Positions 52,545-64,000 of a DNA stretch of 64,000 nt are shown here, one piece after another. Positions within the stretch are counted from its first letter, which is position 1. Each line of letters starts with the position of its first letter. Under the pieces are notes generated by a model. The model was not told the origin of the DNA. It was given only the letters and a program-made list of their open reading frames with translations, and ran no database searches. The DNA comes from Octopus sinensis (lineage: Eukaryota), in the NCBI RefSeq assembly GCF_006345805.1, contig NC_043013.1, positions 33,790,001 to 33,854,000 of the forward strand, written 5' to 3'. A program made the position numbers and the translations under genes.

Positions 52545-52915
52545 CCACCACCACAACCACCGCTACCACCATCGCCCACAACTATCACCATAACCACAAC
52601 CATCACCATCACTACAACTACCACCACAACAACCACAACTATCACCATTACCACAACAACAACCATAACTATCACCATCACCACAACTACCACCACAACC
52701 ACAGCCAAAACTATCACCATCACGATCACCATCACCACAACTACCACCACAAACACAACTATCACCACTATCAAAACCCCAACTATCACCACCATCACAA
52801 CCACAAATACTACAACAAACACAACCGCAACTACAACCACCACCGCCTCAATTATCAACAGAACTACGACCACCACCACTACCACCACTACCACCAACAC
52901 CACCGCCGCCGTCGC
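52545..52915. repeat. (ACC/AAC/ATC)n triplet low-complexity tract
   Basis: Seen directly in the sequence; it explains the His/Asn and poly-Val ORFs. Confidence 0.9.
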
Positions 52916-53084
52916 AATATCCCTTATCTATTATCTTCTTTTTTAACATTGATTCACTTCTCTTTTTTCTCCACCTCTTTTCATCCTTTGTTTCGTGATG
53001 TTATCCCCCCCACACACACACTAGTACCCCCTTTACACTTTTACCAACGACCCCCATCACCACCGCAGTTACCACCATTGACTT

Positions 53085-53418
53085 CGGAGTTTAACTGGTA
53101 CTTATTTCATCGAACTCCGAAAGAATTATAAGAAAAAGACGAACTCGGTGGGATTTGAACTCAGAACATAAAGACGGACAAAATGCCACTAAGCATTAAA
53201 AGATATAAGACAAGATGGTCACGGCTGGAACCGGAATGCGAGATGCTTAGCGGTATTTCATCTATCTTTACGTTCTGAGTTCAAATTCTGCCGAGGTTGA
53301 CTTTGCTTTTCATCTTTTCGAGATCGATAAATTAAGTACCAGTTGCGCATTGGGGTCGACCAAATCGACTGTCTCCCTCCCCCAAAATTTCGGGCCTTGT
53401 GCCTAGAGTAGAAAAGAT
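53085..53418. mobile_element. Head-to-head pair of SINE family B copies (53085-53200 minus, 53215-53418 plus)
   Basis: ATTTGAACTCAGAAC on the left and GTTCTGAGTTCAAAT on the right. Confidence 0.8.
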
Positions 53419-53499
53419 TATGGCTCTGTGATATGTGGATCATAACCGTCCACATATCACATCTTTACTATATGACAACAAAACTTCACATATCTACTA

Positions 53500-54075
53500 T
53501 TACTACAACTATAACTTCTATCAACTCCAGCACCACTACAACCGCCACCACCGCCACCAATACCATCATCTCAACAACCCCCACAGTTACCACCCGTAAT
53601 CACAACTTCCAACTCCAAGATCAGCACTACCACCAAGACCACCACCACCACCACTACCACCACAATCTCCATCATCAACGTCACTACCACCACCACAACC
53701 TCCACCATCAACGCCACCACCGCCGCCGCCAAAACCACCACCAACAACAGCAACAAGGCATACGCGTATAACCACCACCAATTACCTCCACTTATAAGTA
53801 CCACTACCATCACCAAGGTCCACAACAACACCACCAACACCAACGCCACCACAGCTAAAACCACCACCACCACCACCACCATTACAACCTCTAAAACACA
53901 CTCACCACCACGCCCAAAACTTTCACCAATACCAAAGCCATCACCACCAACTACTGAACCCCACCACATACCAAGATCAGCACCACCACCTCTGGGAACC
54001 CACCATCACCACCTATAGGACCCCAATCCCCACCATCTCTAGGACCCTACCACCACCACCACCACCACCAATGTT
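53500..54075. repeat. (ACC)n-rich low-complexity tract
   Basis: Seen directly in the sequence. Confidence 0.9.
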
Positions 54076-54399
54076 CCCCACCGTTACCATGCTACCTATT
54101 ATCTTCCCATGATTGTTTCAATATTTTATTCCATTCTTCTCTCCTTTATTTCGGATTATTTCAATTTATTTTGGTTTCACTTGTGTATTTATTTATATAT
54201 TTTGTCTTTGATTTTATTTATTTTTTTTTTTTTTCATTTTTCACATGTGTTTTAATTACAATAAATTTGTCATTTCATTCTCCCCTACCCCGTCCCTTTC
54301 AATCATCCTCCTCCTCCTTCAGCAGCGTCTCCTCCACGCCCTCCCTCCTCCCCCTTTAATCTTACACAACAATGCATACACAAAGCTAAACCAAAGCTA

Positions 54400-54457
<58 letters not shown>

Positions 54458-55589
54458 CGCACACACAGTGTTAAACCAACATATATACACTAATTCATAC
54501 ACACTACACAAATATATATCATGCACACACCACAATAAGTGCATACATACATTAAACCGACACACAGAAACACAGTCACACACACATATATATATATATG
54601 TCTAAAAGTATGTGCGTGTATGAATTATACTGATATATAAAACACGCATGCAAACACTTGCCCAAACGCAGTGATGAACCAAAATGTACACACATACATA
54701 TAAACTTTCCAACGTCATGTGAAACCAAAACACACACCCAAAAAACATAGAAATACGCATTACGTTAAACCAACATGCACGCGCAAATACACACCACACA
54801 TGGACAGACACACATATCGTATCGCACCACATCATGTTAAAAGTAAACACATAGAAAAGAAAGCACACTCAGCTGTGCACATAACTACACACTGCACCAC
54901 ATCACTGAGCACCGACTTCCTCTTTTCACTATTGTTTAACACATCTTCAACACTGCTTGAATAGCTAAGCTTTTTTATTTATTTATTTATTTCATTCCCT
55001 ATTTGGTTATCTATCTATTCTTTCTCCAGATACATAAATACATGCATACATATATACATATATATATCTGTGCGTGTGTATGTGTGTATTTATGTATGAA
55101 TACATCCATGCGCATGCATACACACGTATACATATATTGGGGTTGTTGTTATTATTATTGTTACTGAGATTGTTGTTGTTTTAATTTTCGGTTTTGTTAA
55201 ATTCTTTTGTCTTAATTTTGGAATTATTTTTATTTTTATTTTCATTTATATGTTTATTTATTGATTATTATTATTATCATTATTATTGATATTATTATTG
55301 CTGTGGTTGTTGTTGTTATTGTTGTTGTTGTTTTGTAATTCTAAGAAAGGGTTTTATCTTTAACTCTGCTGGTTCTGTTTATTTATTTTGTGTTTCAGAA
55401 TCATCAAAACATGAACCAAGGACTTGAACTCGTACATGAAAGAAAAAGAATCGAAGTAAACAAAAAAAAAAAGCCTGGAAAAGAAATATTACAAAACAAA
55501 ACAAAAATATCTAAAAATTTAAAAAAACAGATTTTCTTAAAGTTTCAGAAAAAGATTACACAAAATAAAACTTTAAGTTCTATCTCGAC

Positions 55590-55722
55590 AAAATAAAAAT
55601 CGATAGAATAAGTATCAGGCTTAACAAAAGTAAGTCCTGGGATCGATTCATTTAACTAAAAGCTCTTCAGTATGGTGCTCCAGCTTGGCCGCAATTTAAT
55701 GAACGAAACAAGTAAAAAGTAA
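55590..55722 (+). mobile_element. SINE family A, 3' tail
   Basis: GATAGAATAAGT...GGTGCTCCAGC.TGGCCGCA...GAAACAAGTAAAAAGTAAAAGA. Confidence 0.8.
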
Positions 55723-55908
55723 AAGATATATATATATATATATATTATATATGTATATAGATATATATATATACATATATATACACAGAAACACACACAC
55801 ACACACGTATATATATATATATATAAATATATACATAGAGAGAGAGAGAGAAAGAGAGATTCGCCATGATAGATCACTAGCCACTCCACATTATTTTCTC
55901 TCCTTGTT

Positions 55909-55946
55909 TCTTTCTGTGGAAGAGCGTAGGCTCGAAACGTTAAAGA
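55909..55946 (+). ncRNA. Variant-core minimal hammerhead-like motif
   Basis: TCTTT-CTGTGGA-A-GAGC(gtag)GCTC-GAAA-CG-TT-AAAGA. The core has U at position 6 instead of A. A sister copy lies at 14675-14710. Confidence 0.35.
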
Positions 55947-56025
55947 CTTTTTCACTTCCTGAGCGTTAAACTGTTGTCTACATTACCTGTCTTCGTCTTA
56001 CATTTTTTTTGTAAATTCTCCCTAC

Positions 56026-56087
<62 letters not shown>

Positions 56088-56305
56088 ATATATTATATAT
56101 ATATATTTATAACTTTTACTTGTTTTTCATTTAATTGCGGCCAATCTGGAGCCCCTCCTGAAGAGCTTTTAGTTGAATGAACTTATTTTTGTTAAGCCCG
56201 ATACTTATTCTATCGAGCTTTTTTGTTGAAAAGGATTTAATATGTCTTTTGTTTAATGCATATATGTATATATATATACATACATATATATACATATATA
56301 TATGT

Positions 56306-56674
56306 GGGAGCCGCAATGCCGCAGTGGTTAGGGCGGCGGAACTCGCGGTCGTAGGTTTGCAGTTTCGATTACCAAACCGGGCGTTGTGAGCGTTTATTCA
56401 GCGGAAACACTTAAAGCTCCATGAGGTTCCCCCAGGGGATGGTGACGAACACTGCTGTACTACTTAACCCAAACTTCTTCTTCCTGATCCTATTGTACCT
56501 GTATTTCAAAGGGTCACCCTTTCACACACAGTGTCACGCTGAATCTCCGAGAACTGCGTAAAGGGTACATGTATCTGTGGAGTTCTCAACCACTTGCACT
56601 TTAATTTCACGAGCAGGCTGTTTTGTTGATTGGATCAACTGGAACCCTCGTCGTCGTAACCGACGGAGTGCCAC
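56306..56674 (+). mobile_element. SINE family D (diverged)
   Basis: GGGAGCCGCAATGCCGCAGTGGTTAGGGC...GTTTCGATTACC...CCCTCGTCGTCGTAACCGACGGAGTGCC. Confidence 0.85.
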
Positions 56675-56678
56675 GATG

Positions 56679-56724
<46 letters not shown>

Positions 56725-56801
56725 AGAGTATATATATACATATATATATATATATAATATATCGTGAAGTTAACGTGAATTAACTGCTCGTGAATTTAAC
56801 G

Positions 56802-56845
<44 letters not shown>

Positions 56846-57018
56846 TGTAAGAGTGGCTGTGTGGTAAGTAGCTTGCTTACCAAGCACATGGTTCCGGCTT
56901 CATTCCCACTGCGTGGCACCTTCGGCAAGTATCTCTACTATAGCCTCGAGCCGGCCAAAGCCTTGTGAGGGGACTTGGTAGACGGAAACAGAAAGAACCC
57001 CGTCGTATTTTGGATGTT

Positions 57019-57073
<55 letters not shown>

Positions 57074-57292
57074 ATATATATATATATATTTATAACTTTT
57101 ACTTGTTTTTCATTTAATTGCGGCCAATCTGGAGCACCCTCCTGAAGAGCTTTTAGTTGAATGAACTTATTTTTGTTAAGCCGGATACTTATTCTATCGA
57201 GCTTTTTTGTTGAAAAGGATTTAATATTGTCTTTTGTTTAATGCATATATGTATATATATATACATACATATATATACATATATATATGTGT

Positions 57293-57636
57293 GGAGCCGC
57301 AATGCCGCAGTGGTTAGGGCGGCGAACTCGCGGTCGTAGGTTTGCAGTTTCGATTACCAAACCGGGCGTTGTGAGCGTTTATTCAGCGGAAACACTTAAA
57401 GCTCCATGAGGTTCCCCCAGGGGATGGTGACGAACACTGCTGTACTACTTAACCACAACTTTCTTCCTGATCCTATTGTACCTGTATTTCAAAGGGTCAC
57501 CCTTATCTCTCCGAGAACTGCGTAAAGGGTACATGTATCTGTGGAGTTCTCAACCACTTGCACTTTAATTTCACGAGCAGGCTGTTTTTTGATTGGATCA
57601 ACTGGAACCCTCGTCGTCGTAACCGACGGAGTGCCA
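57293..57636 (+). mobile_element. SINE family D (duplicate of 56306-56674)
   Basis: Part of the tandem duplication. Confidence 0.85.
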
Positions 57637-57637
57637 C

Positions 57638-57707
<70 letters not shown>

Positions 57708-57761
57708 ATATATATATATATATATCGTGAATTAACGTGAATTAACTGCTCGTGAATTTAA

Positions 57762-57803
<42 letters not shown>

Positions 57804-57806
<3 letters not shown>

Positions 57807-58155
57807 TGTAAGAGTGGCTGTGTGGTAAGTAGCTTGCTTACCAAGCACATGGTTCCGGCTTCATTCCCACTGCGTGGCACCTTCGGCAAGTATCTTCTAC
57901 TATAGCCTCGAGCCGGCCAAAGCCTTGTGAGTGGACTTGGTAGACGGAAACAGAAAGAAACCCCGTCGTATATTTGGATGTTTATATATATATATATATA
58001 TGTGTGTGTGTATGTGTGTGTCCGTAACTTAGCGGTTCGACAAAAGAGACCAATAGAATAAGTACAACTAATAAGTCCTGGGGTCTATTTGCTTGACTAA
58101 AGGCGGTGCTCCAGCATGGCCACGGTCAAATGACTGAAACAATTAAAAGAGTAAA
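57804..58155 (+). mobile_element. SINE family A (its head is duplicated at 56843-57008)
   Basis: Head, core, microsatellite and a partly deleted tail. Confidence 0.85.
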
Positions 58156-58158
58156 ATA

Positions 58159-58189
<31 letters not shown>

Positions 58190-59444
58190 CGGATACGGGC
58201 CAGCATAGCAGCCATAAGATCGCCGCTATTAGTGATATCAGAAATGACAATCATGCATAGATGAGTGCGTTATCTCTCCGCACACATGACAAAGCATTGC
58301 ATACAATACTGACGCAAACAAATCATCGCTTTATAGAAACGTACAAATTCTAATATTTTCGTCTGCATGCGAGCGTAAGCTTGTGCGCACGTTTGCATAA
58401 ATGTGTCTGTACGTACGAATGTATGTATGTGTTTATTTTATAGCGTGAAAGAGTACTTAGAATAGTGTGCATGTGTGTATTTATACGTATACGTGTGTAT
58501 GTGTTTCGAAATCTGAACAGCATCATATATCATAAGTTCCAAGCGTGAAGTTTGGTTTCTATTGTCATTGTCTATCCCTCTCTCTCTCTCTCCTCCTCTC
58601 TCTCTCTCTCTCTTTCATTCACAGTTTTCCCCATCTCCGTCTCCTACGTCCCCATTAGATTATCATTCCTTTTCCTTCCTCCTCCCTCCTTCACCTATCC
58701 TCCCCACTGCTGTCACTTGTCTTCCCCCTCCCCCCATTCACCTCACTTCTCACCTCACAAACATCTCCCCCCAAACCACCCCCGGCCTTTATTGCCCCTA
58801 TTAATCTAAAAGTTAAACTTTCCTTCCTCTTTACTGATTTTTAGCCTTATTTATTTATTTGTTTATTTATTGTATTTATATAAATATATTTATCTTTTTT
58901 TCATTTTTAAAGAAATTTTTAAAAAATACCCTTCCCACCCATATTCAAACCTCTCCTCCTCCTCCTACTCCCCCTATCCCCTCTGTATCTTTCTGTCTTC
59001 CTTCGATCATCCACCCACAACCACCCTGCGACAAAGTCACACGTTCGTACGAACGTTACACATGCACACATCGTACGCACATGCAAAAACAGTCACTTAA
59101 ATGCACAAATTGAACACATCTAAATTTTGTTGTCGTTTACAATATTTATTTTATTTTAAAACTATTTATTTATTTATATTTCTGTGCATATTTATTTATT
59201 TAAAATTGCAGTGTTGCACAGCAGTTGCTCGGAATTACACGAACAAATAACTGATTGTCATTACCTGCTTGACATCAAACCCCACTACCACCCGCAAACC
59301 TTCTACCTCAGCTCATCAAAAACCCGTCTTCTCAATGTCCTCTTTCTCTCCCTATAACTATCCAATTTCTCTCTGCGCCAACAGAACATCACTGGCATCA
59401 ACATAGTCATGCCACCACCATAATAGCCATAATAACAATCCTTC

Positions 59445-60075
59445 CTACTAAAGGCACAATGCCTGGAATTTTGCGGGAGGGGACTACTCGATTAAATCGG
59501 CCCAAGTGTTTCACTGGTACTTAATTTATCGACCCCGAAAGAACAAACGGCAAAGTCGGCCCCAGCGGAGTTTGAACTCAGAACGTAGCGACGGTCAAAA
59601 TACCGCTAAGCATTTCCTCCAGCGTTCTAACGATTCTGCCAGCTCGCCGCCTTTTGATAATAATAATAATGATCAAATTAATGCTTTCTAACTGTACGCA
59701 CAAGGCCTGAAATTTAGGAGGAGGGGTTGGTCGATTACATCGACCCCCAGTGTTTCACTAGTACATAATTTATCGACCCCGAAAGGATGAAAGGCGAAGT
59801 CGACCACCGCAGTATTTGAACTCAGAACAGACGAAATACTTATTTCTTTACTACCCACAAGGGGCTAAACACAGAGAGGACAAACAAGGACAGACAAACG
59901 GATAAAGTCGATTATATCGACCCCAGTGCGTAACTGGTACTTAATTTAATCGACCCCGAAAGGATGAAAGGCAAAGTCGACCTCGGCGGAATTTGAACTC
60001 AGAACGTAGCGGCAAACGAAATACCGCTAAGCATTTCTTCTAGCTCGCTAACGAGTCTGCCAGCTCGCTACCTTA
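59445..60075 (-). mobile_element. Two tandem SINE family B copies (monomer 59445-59653, dimer 59685-60075), followed by (AAT)n
   Basis: Repeated B cores; the dimer linker is present in the second copy. Confidence 0.9.
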
Positions 60076-60078
60076 TAA

Positions 60079-60141
<63 letters not shown>

Positions 60142-60253
60142 GCCAGAGCAAGGATTACTGATATCACAATAACACCAACACCTTGTTCTTTTACAAATTT
60201 GTTTTGCTTACATTCACATGTTTGTCTGCTGGTCAGTATAAACATGAATATAC

Positions 60254-60315
<62 letters not shown>

Positions 60316-60492
60316 ATTTTACAGGAGAAAGACTGGTAAGCTTCATTAAAATTTGATGACGGCTCATAAGTAGAGACCTCAAGATCAATGTCAACCGTTT
60401 TCATTACAAATAAATACTAATAAATATGTAGTCTGGTAAAAAGTGTTCAGAAATCAACGTTAAACTGTTTTATATAAGTTTCGCGCAAAGAT

Positions 60493-60580
<88 letters not shown>

Positions 60581-60709
60581 ATATATCATATAATATATAT
60601 ACATAACATATATATATATATCTGTGACTCAGTATGTCTGTCTGTCTCTCTCTATATATATATGTATATAGAGTGATTGGAGCATACAAGACACAAGATA
60701 GCCATTGGG

Positions 60710-60764
<55 letters not shown>

Positions 60765-61049
60765 ACAAATGCTCAGATACGTATACATAATATCTGAACT
60801 AGAAACAAGACGTTTGCGTCTTGAACACCCTTGATCATAGATAGGAGTACATGATAGGGGCTGACCTGTCACTGAACAAGAATCACAACAAGAACATTGA
60901 AGCAGCCTTACCACAGTAAATTAACGAAGACAAACTAATCACTAACGTCATCAATACTGTCTTATACTAACCGCTCTCCCCATTGTCGTGGAACTGTCAA
61001 TTTGAAACCTTCCGCTATTTCATTGCCATTGCTCTCTATCACAAGTAGT

Positions 61050-61205
61050 AATGGCTCTCCGTCTATTGACGAACAGGATTCCGTTGTTCATTCAACTGAA
61101 TTACCTGCTCCTGAATTAACACGTAAGTGGTTGAGTATCTCACAGACACCAGTACTCATAATATCTGGCAGAATCAGCGGGACATAGTATGTGACAAGGC
61201 AGTTC
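61050..61205 (-). mobile_element. Diverged SINE family D 3' fragment
   Basis: CCTGCTCCTGAATTAACACGTAAGTGGTTGAG...CACAGACAC...GTGACAAGGC. Confidence 0.6.
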
Positions 61206-62232
61206 ACTCTTAAAAAAAAAAGAAAAACACAATCCTCGCGATGAGTTTCTATTCAGTTTCCGTCAATCCGGCGGTTTCATTCACAAAATATCAATCGACC
61301 AGAGGCTACCAGAACCGTAAACTCCTTCAAAATTCTGAGAAGAGCTTTTCTGCAAGCCTATCTTGCTAAGTGAAGCGGATAGTTTCAGGGGTAGAATGTT
61401 TTGAGTTTAAAGAGATTATCTTTAAGAGGCATAAGACTTGTCAGTAACGGCGTACAAAATAAAAACAGGCGTTGCCCCGGAGAATGGCAAGCAAGACGCA
61501 CTTGAATATCTACTCCGACTCACGGAGGTTCACACTTGCAGATAGATATCTCTGTCCCGATAGTGGTAAACAGGAATATAGTCCGGGGTGGGGATGAGTG
61601 AAATAACGCCAGAAGTCTTCACTGCTACGGGCTCAACCACAAATCTATCAGAGAATGACCGATACTTTGACAAGTTTGGTGATGCTATAGAAAATGGCAT
61701 TTTCTCGAGGACCCGGTATCTCGTGGTTGCAAAGTGAACTTCTTAACTATTCCGCCATACTGCTTCTTTGTTACAGTACGACTATGATTCTATAATAATG
61801 GCGTTTAATAATGTCTCTACCACCATCATCCCAAACATTATCGAACTATAATGACCAAGGAAGGAGTGGCTACATAATCAGCCACAATGGTAGAAAAAGC
61901 AGTCAAATTTCCCTCAAATACGTAGAGTGATGTTATAAACAGACGGGATGATCATAGCTAGAACGCTTTTCCTCATTGGCTTGCCTGACGAAGGCTGGCC
62001 TGGAATGAAACATCAATAGCAATGTATCTTCGTCACACTTACCATTACTTCCCCTACCCCTACCCCTCACCACTGCCACCGTCATAGTACTAACACTAAA
62101 TAACATGGGGGGTGGCTTTACTATCTTTACTTCCACTAAGCGCCTCCCTCACTCACATGCATATAGGTATGTGTACGCATGTATAGACACACGCTCACAC
62201 ACACACACCACATATATATATATATATAAGAA

Positions 62233-62590
62233 GAAGAAAAGAAAATGGAGATAAGAAAGTTAACAATTATTTATTATTAACAAATTGGTCATCTTCGCTT
62301 CTTAACAACCGTTTCAATTAATACTCAATAATTTAATTACAAATGTGTGTTTAAAATTTGCAATTATGTGGTATGAGCAGAATTTTATTAGAGAAAAGAA
62401 AAACATGTACCTTGGGATGTTATATGTGGACCTGTCAGAAATTATGCTCTTGTCACATAAATGCAAATTTAATGTACAAATTTGTAATTAAATTATTGAG
62501 TTTTAATTGAAACGGCTGTAAGAAGCGAAGACGAACAATTTGTTAATAATAAATAACTGTTAACTTCAATATCTCAATTTCCTTTTCTTC
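62233..62590. repeat. Fold-back element with inverted arms of about 150 bp (62233-62385 and 62438-62590)
   Basis: Left TTATTTATTATTAACAAATTGGTCATCTTCGCTTCTTAACAACCGTTTCAATTAA matches the reverse complement of right TTAATTGAAACGGCTGTAAGAAGCGAAGACGAACAATTTGTTAATAATAAATAA. Confidence 0.9.
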
Positions 62591-62741
62591 ATTTAACTGG
62601 ATATAAACTATCTGCTTAATATATACCTATTGCTTTAAGGCAATTTCATTCCCCAACAATACTAGGTATTGAACAGGTATTTCCTTGGCTGCAACCATTC
62701 CTTCACAAGATTAACATATCCTCCTATTATATATATTTATA

Positions 62742-62966
62742 TTCTTTTACTTGTTTCAGTCATTTGACTGCGGCCATGCTAGAGCACCGCGCAAAAGTTT
62801 TATAGTCGAAGAAATCGACCCCAGGACTTATTTTCTGTAAGTCTAGTACATATTCTATCCGTATTGTTTGCTGAACCACTAGGTTACAGGGACATAAATG
62901 CACCACCATCGGTGTCAAGCGCTAGCGAAGGGACAGACACAGACACACACACACACACACGCACAC

Positions 62967-63018
<52 letters not shown>

Positions 63019-63176
63019 ACGAGCCACTTTCAGTTTCCGCCTACCAAATCCACTTATGAAGATTTGGTCGGACCGAGGCTATAGTAGAAAACACTTGCAT
63101 AAATGCCATGCAGTGGGACTGAACCCGGAAGCATGTTGTCGGAAAGCTATCTTCTTACCGCACAACCACGCATGCG

Positions 63177-63180
<4 letters not shown>
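62742..63180 (-). mobile_element. SINE family A, full length
   Basis: Tail at 62742-62945, internal (CA)n(TA)n, head at 63017-63180. Confidence 0.85.
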
Positions 63181-63224
<44 letters not shown>

Positions 63225-63225
63225 G

Positions 63226-63298
<73 letters not shown>

Positions 63299-63469
63299 AA
63301 AGGTTGATAGTGACTTTCAGTCTTTTTATGTAATTGTTTTGTCAAACAGTCTGACGAAAACTATTGAACGCTAACTGCGAAGTCACTGTCTACCTTGCCA
63401 AAATAATGTGATAATTTACTAAACGGTATTGAGTGTCCTTCACACTGTATTTGACTGTTCTAATATATA

Positions 63470-63500
<31 letters not shown>

Positions 63501-63514
63501 ATATATATATGTAT

Positions 63515-63925
63515 AGGCGTGGCATGACTTTGTGCTAAGAAGTTTGCTCTCTAATCACATGGTTCCAGGTTCACTCTCACTGCGTTGCTCCTTAAGCATA
63601 TGTCTGGTATTGTAGACTCGGGCTTACAAAAGCCTTGGCAGTGGATTTGGTAGACGGAAACTGAAAGAAACCCATTGTATATATGTGTATGTGTGTGTGT
63701 GAGTATGTTTTTATATGTGTGTGTTTTTTCCCACCACAGCTTGACAATTAGTATTGCTGTCTTTACGTCCTTGGAACATAGTGGTTTGGCAAAAGAGACC
63801 CAGTAGAATAAATATCAGGCTTTTAAAAAGGAAATAAGTACCGGGTTTGATTAGTTCGACTAAAATTTTTCAAGGCGGTGCCCCAGCATGGCCGCAGTCT
63901 AATCACTGAAGCAAGTAACCGATAA
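63515..63925 (+). mobile_element. SINE family A, full length and diverged
   Basis: Head, core GATTTGGTAGACGGAAACTGAAAGAA, tail GGCGGTGCCCCAGCATGGCCGCAGTC. Confidence 0.85.
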
Positions 63926-64000
63926 AACATATAAACGTGCATTCGCTTACTTATATATGCATACGTAGTAACAAATATATGTGCGTATCTAGCATCGACT

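Larger units (their letters stand above)
56030..58000. repeat. Near-identical tandem duplication of a unit of about 985 bp (A-tail minus, SINE D plus, A-head plus)
   Basis: 56030-57020 versus 57021-58000. Differences are mostly 1-bp indels plus one deletion of about 22 bp. Confidence 0.95.

Noticed and set aside
61560-61745. Possible APE-endonuclease remnant (DRYFDKFGDAIENGIFSRTRYLVVAK)
   Set aside because: Only faint resemblance to the FY..L...I......LIV.GDFNA region; the GDFN motif is absent, so it cannot be supported without a search.
61983-62025. CTGACGA-AGGC-TG-GCCT followed by GGAATGAAAC
   Set aside because: The GAAA is displaced from stem II, the loop is only 2 nt and there is no stem I pairing, so it is not a credible hammerhead.

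Overview
This is AT-rich, repeat-dominated eukaryotic (animal) non-coding DNA. The SINE families and the very high microsatellite density resemble an octopus/cephalopod genome; that assignment is from recall and was not checked by a search. No intact host gene is recognisable, and almost every ORF in the supplied track is a translated microsatellite. Supportable content: (i) five tRNA-headed SINE-like families, labelled A-E here, in dozens of full or partial copies; (ii) decayed transposons: a mariner 5' fragment (1.7-2.3 kb), a CMC/Chapaev-like DDE element (28.6-30.3 kb), a CR1-group LINE 3' fragment (34.5-35.5 kb) and a probable hAT end; (iii) many fold-back structures, including a near-perfect 1.58-kb palindrome at 40660-42239; (iv) two near-identical tandem duplications that may be assembly artefacts. 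The most interesting signal is a recurring type I hammerhead-ribozyme architecture (stem I-CUGANGA-stem II-GAAA-stem III-UH-stem I') in several unrelated repeats. It includes a canonical-looking motif at 17570-17642, one motif in each arm of the giant palindrome, and a minimal motif in the tail of a tRNA-headed SINE that occurs here only as head-to-head inverted pairs. This points to ribozyme-bearing, Penelope-like non-autonomous retroelements that form fold-backs. All pairings were worked out by eye; cleavage activity is untested.
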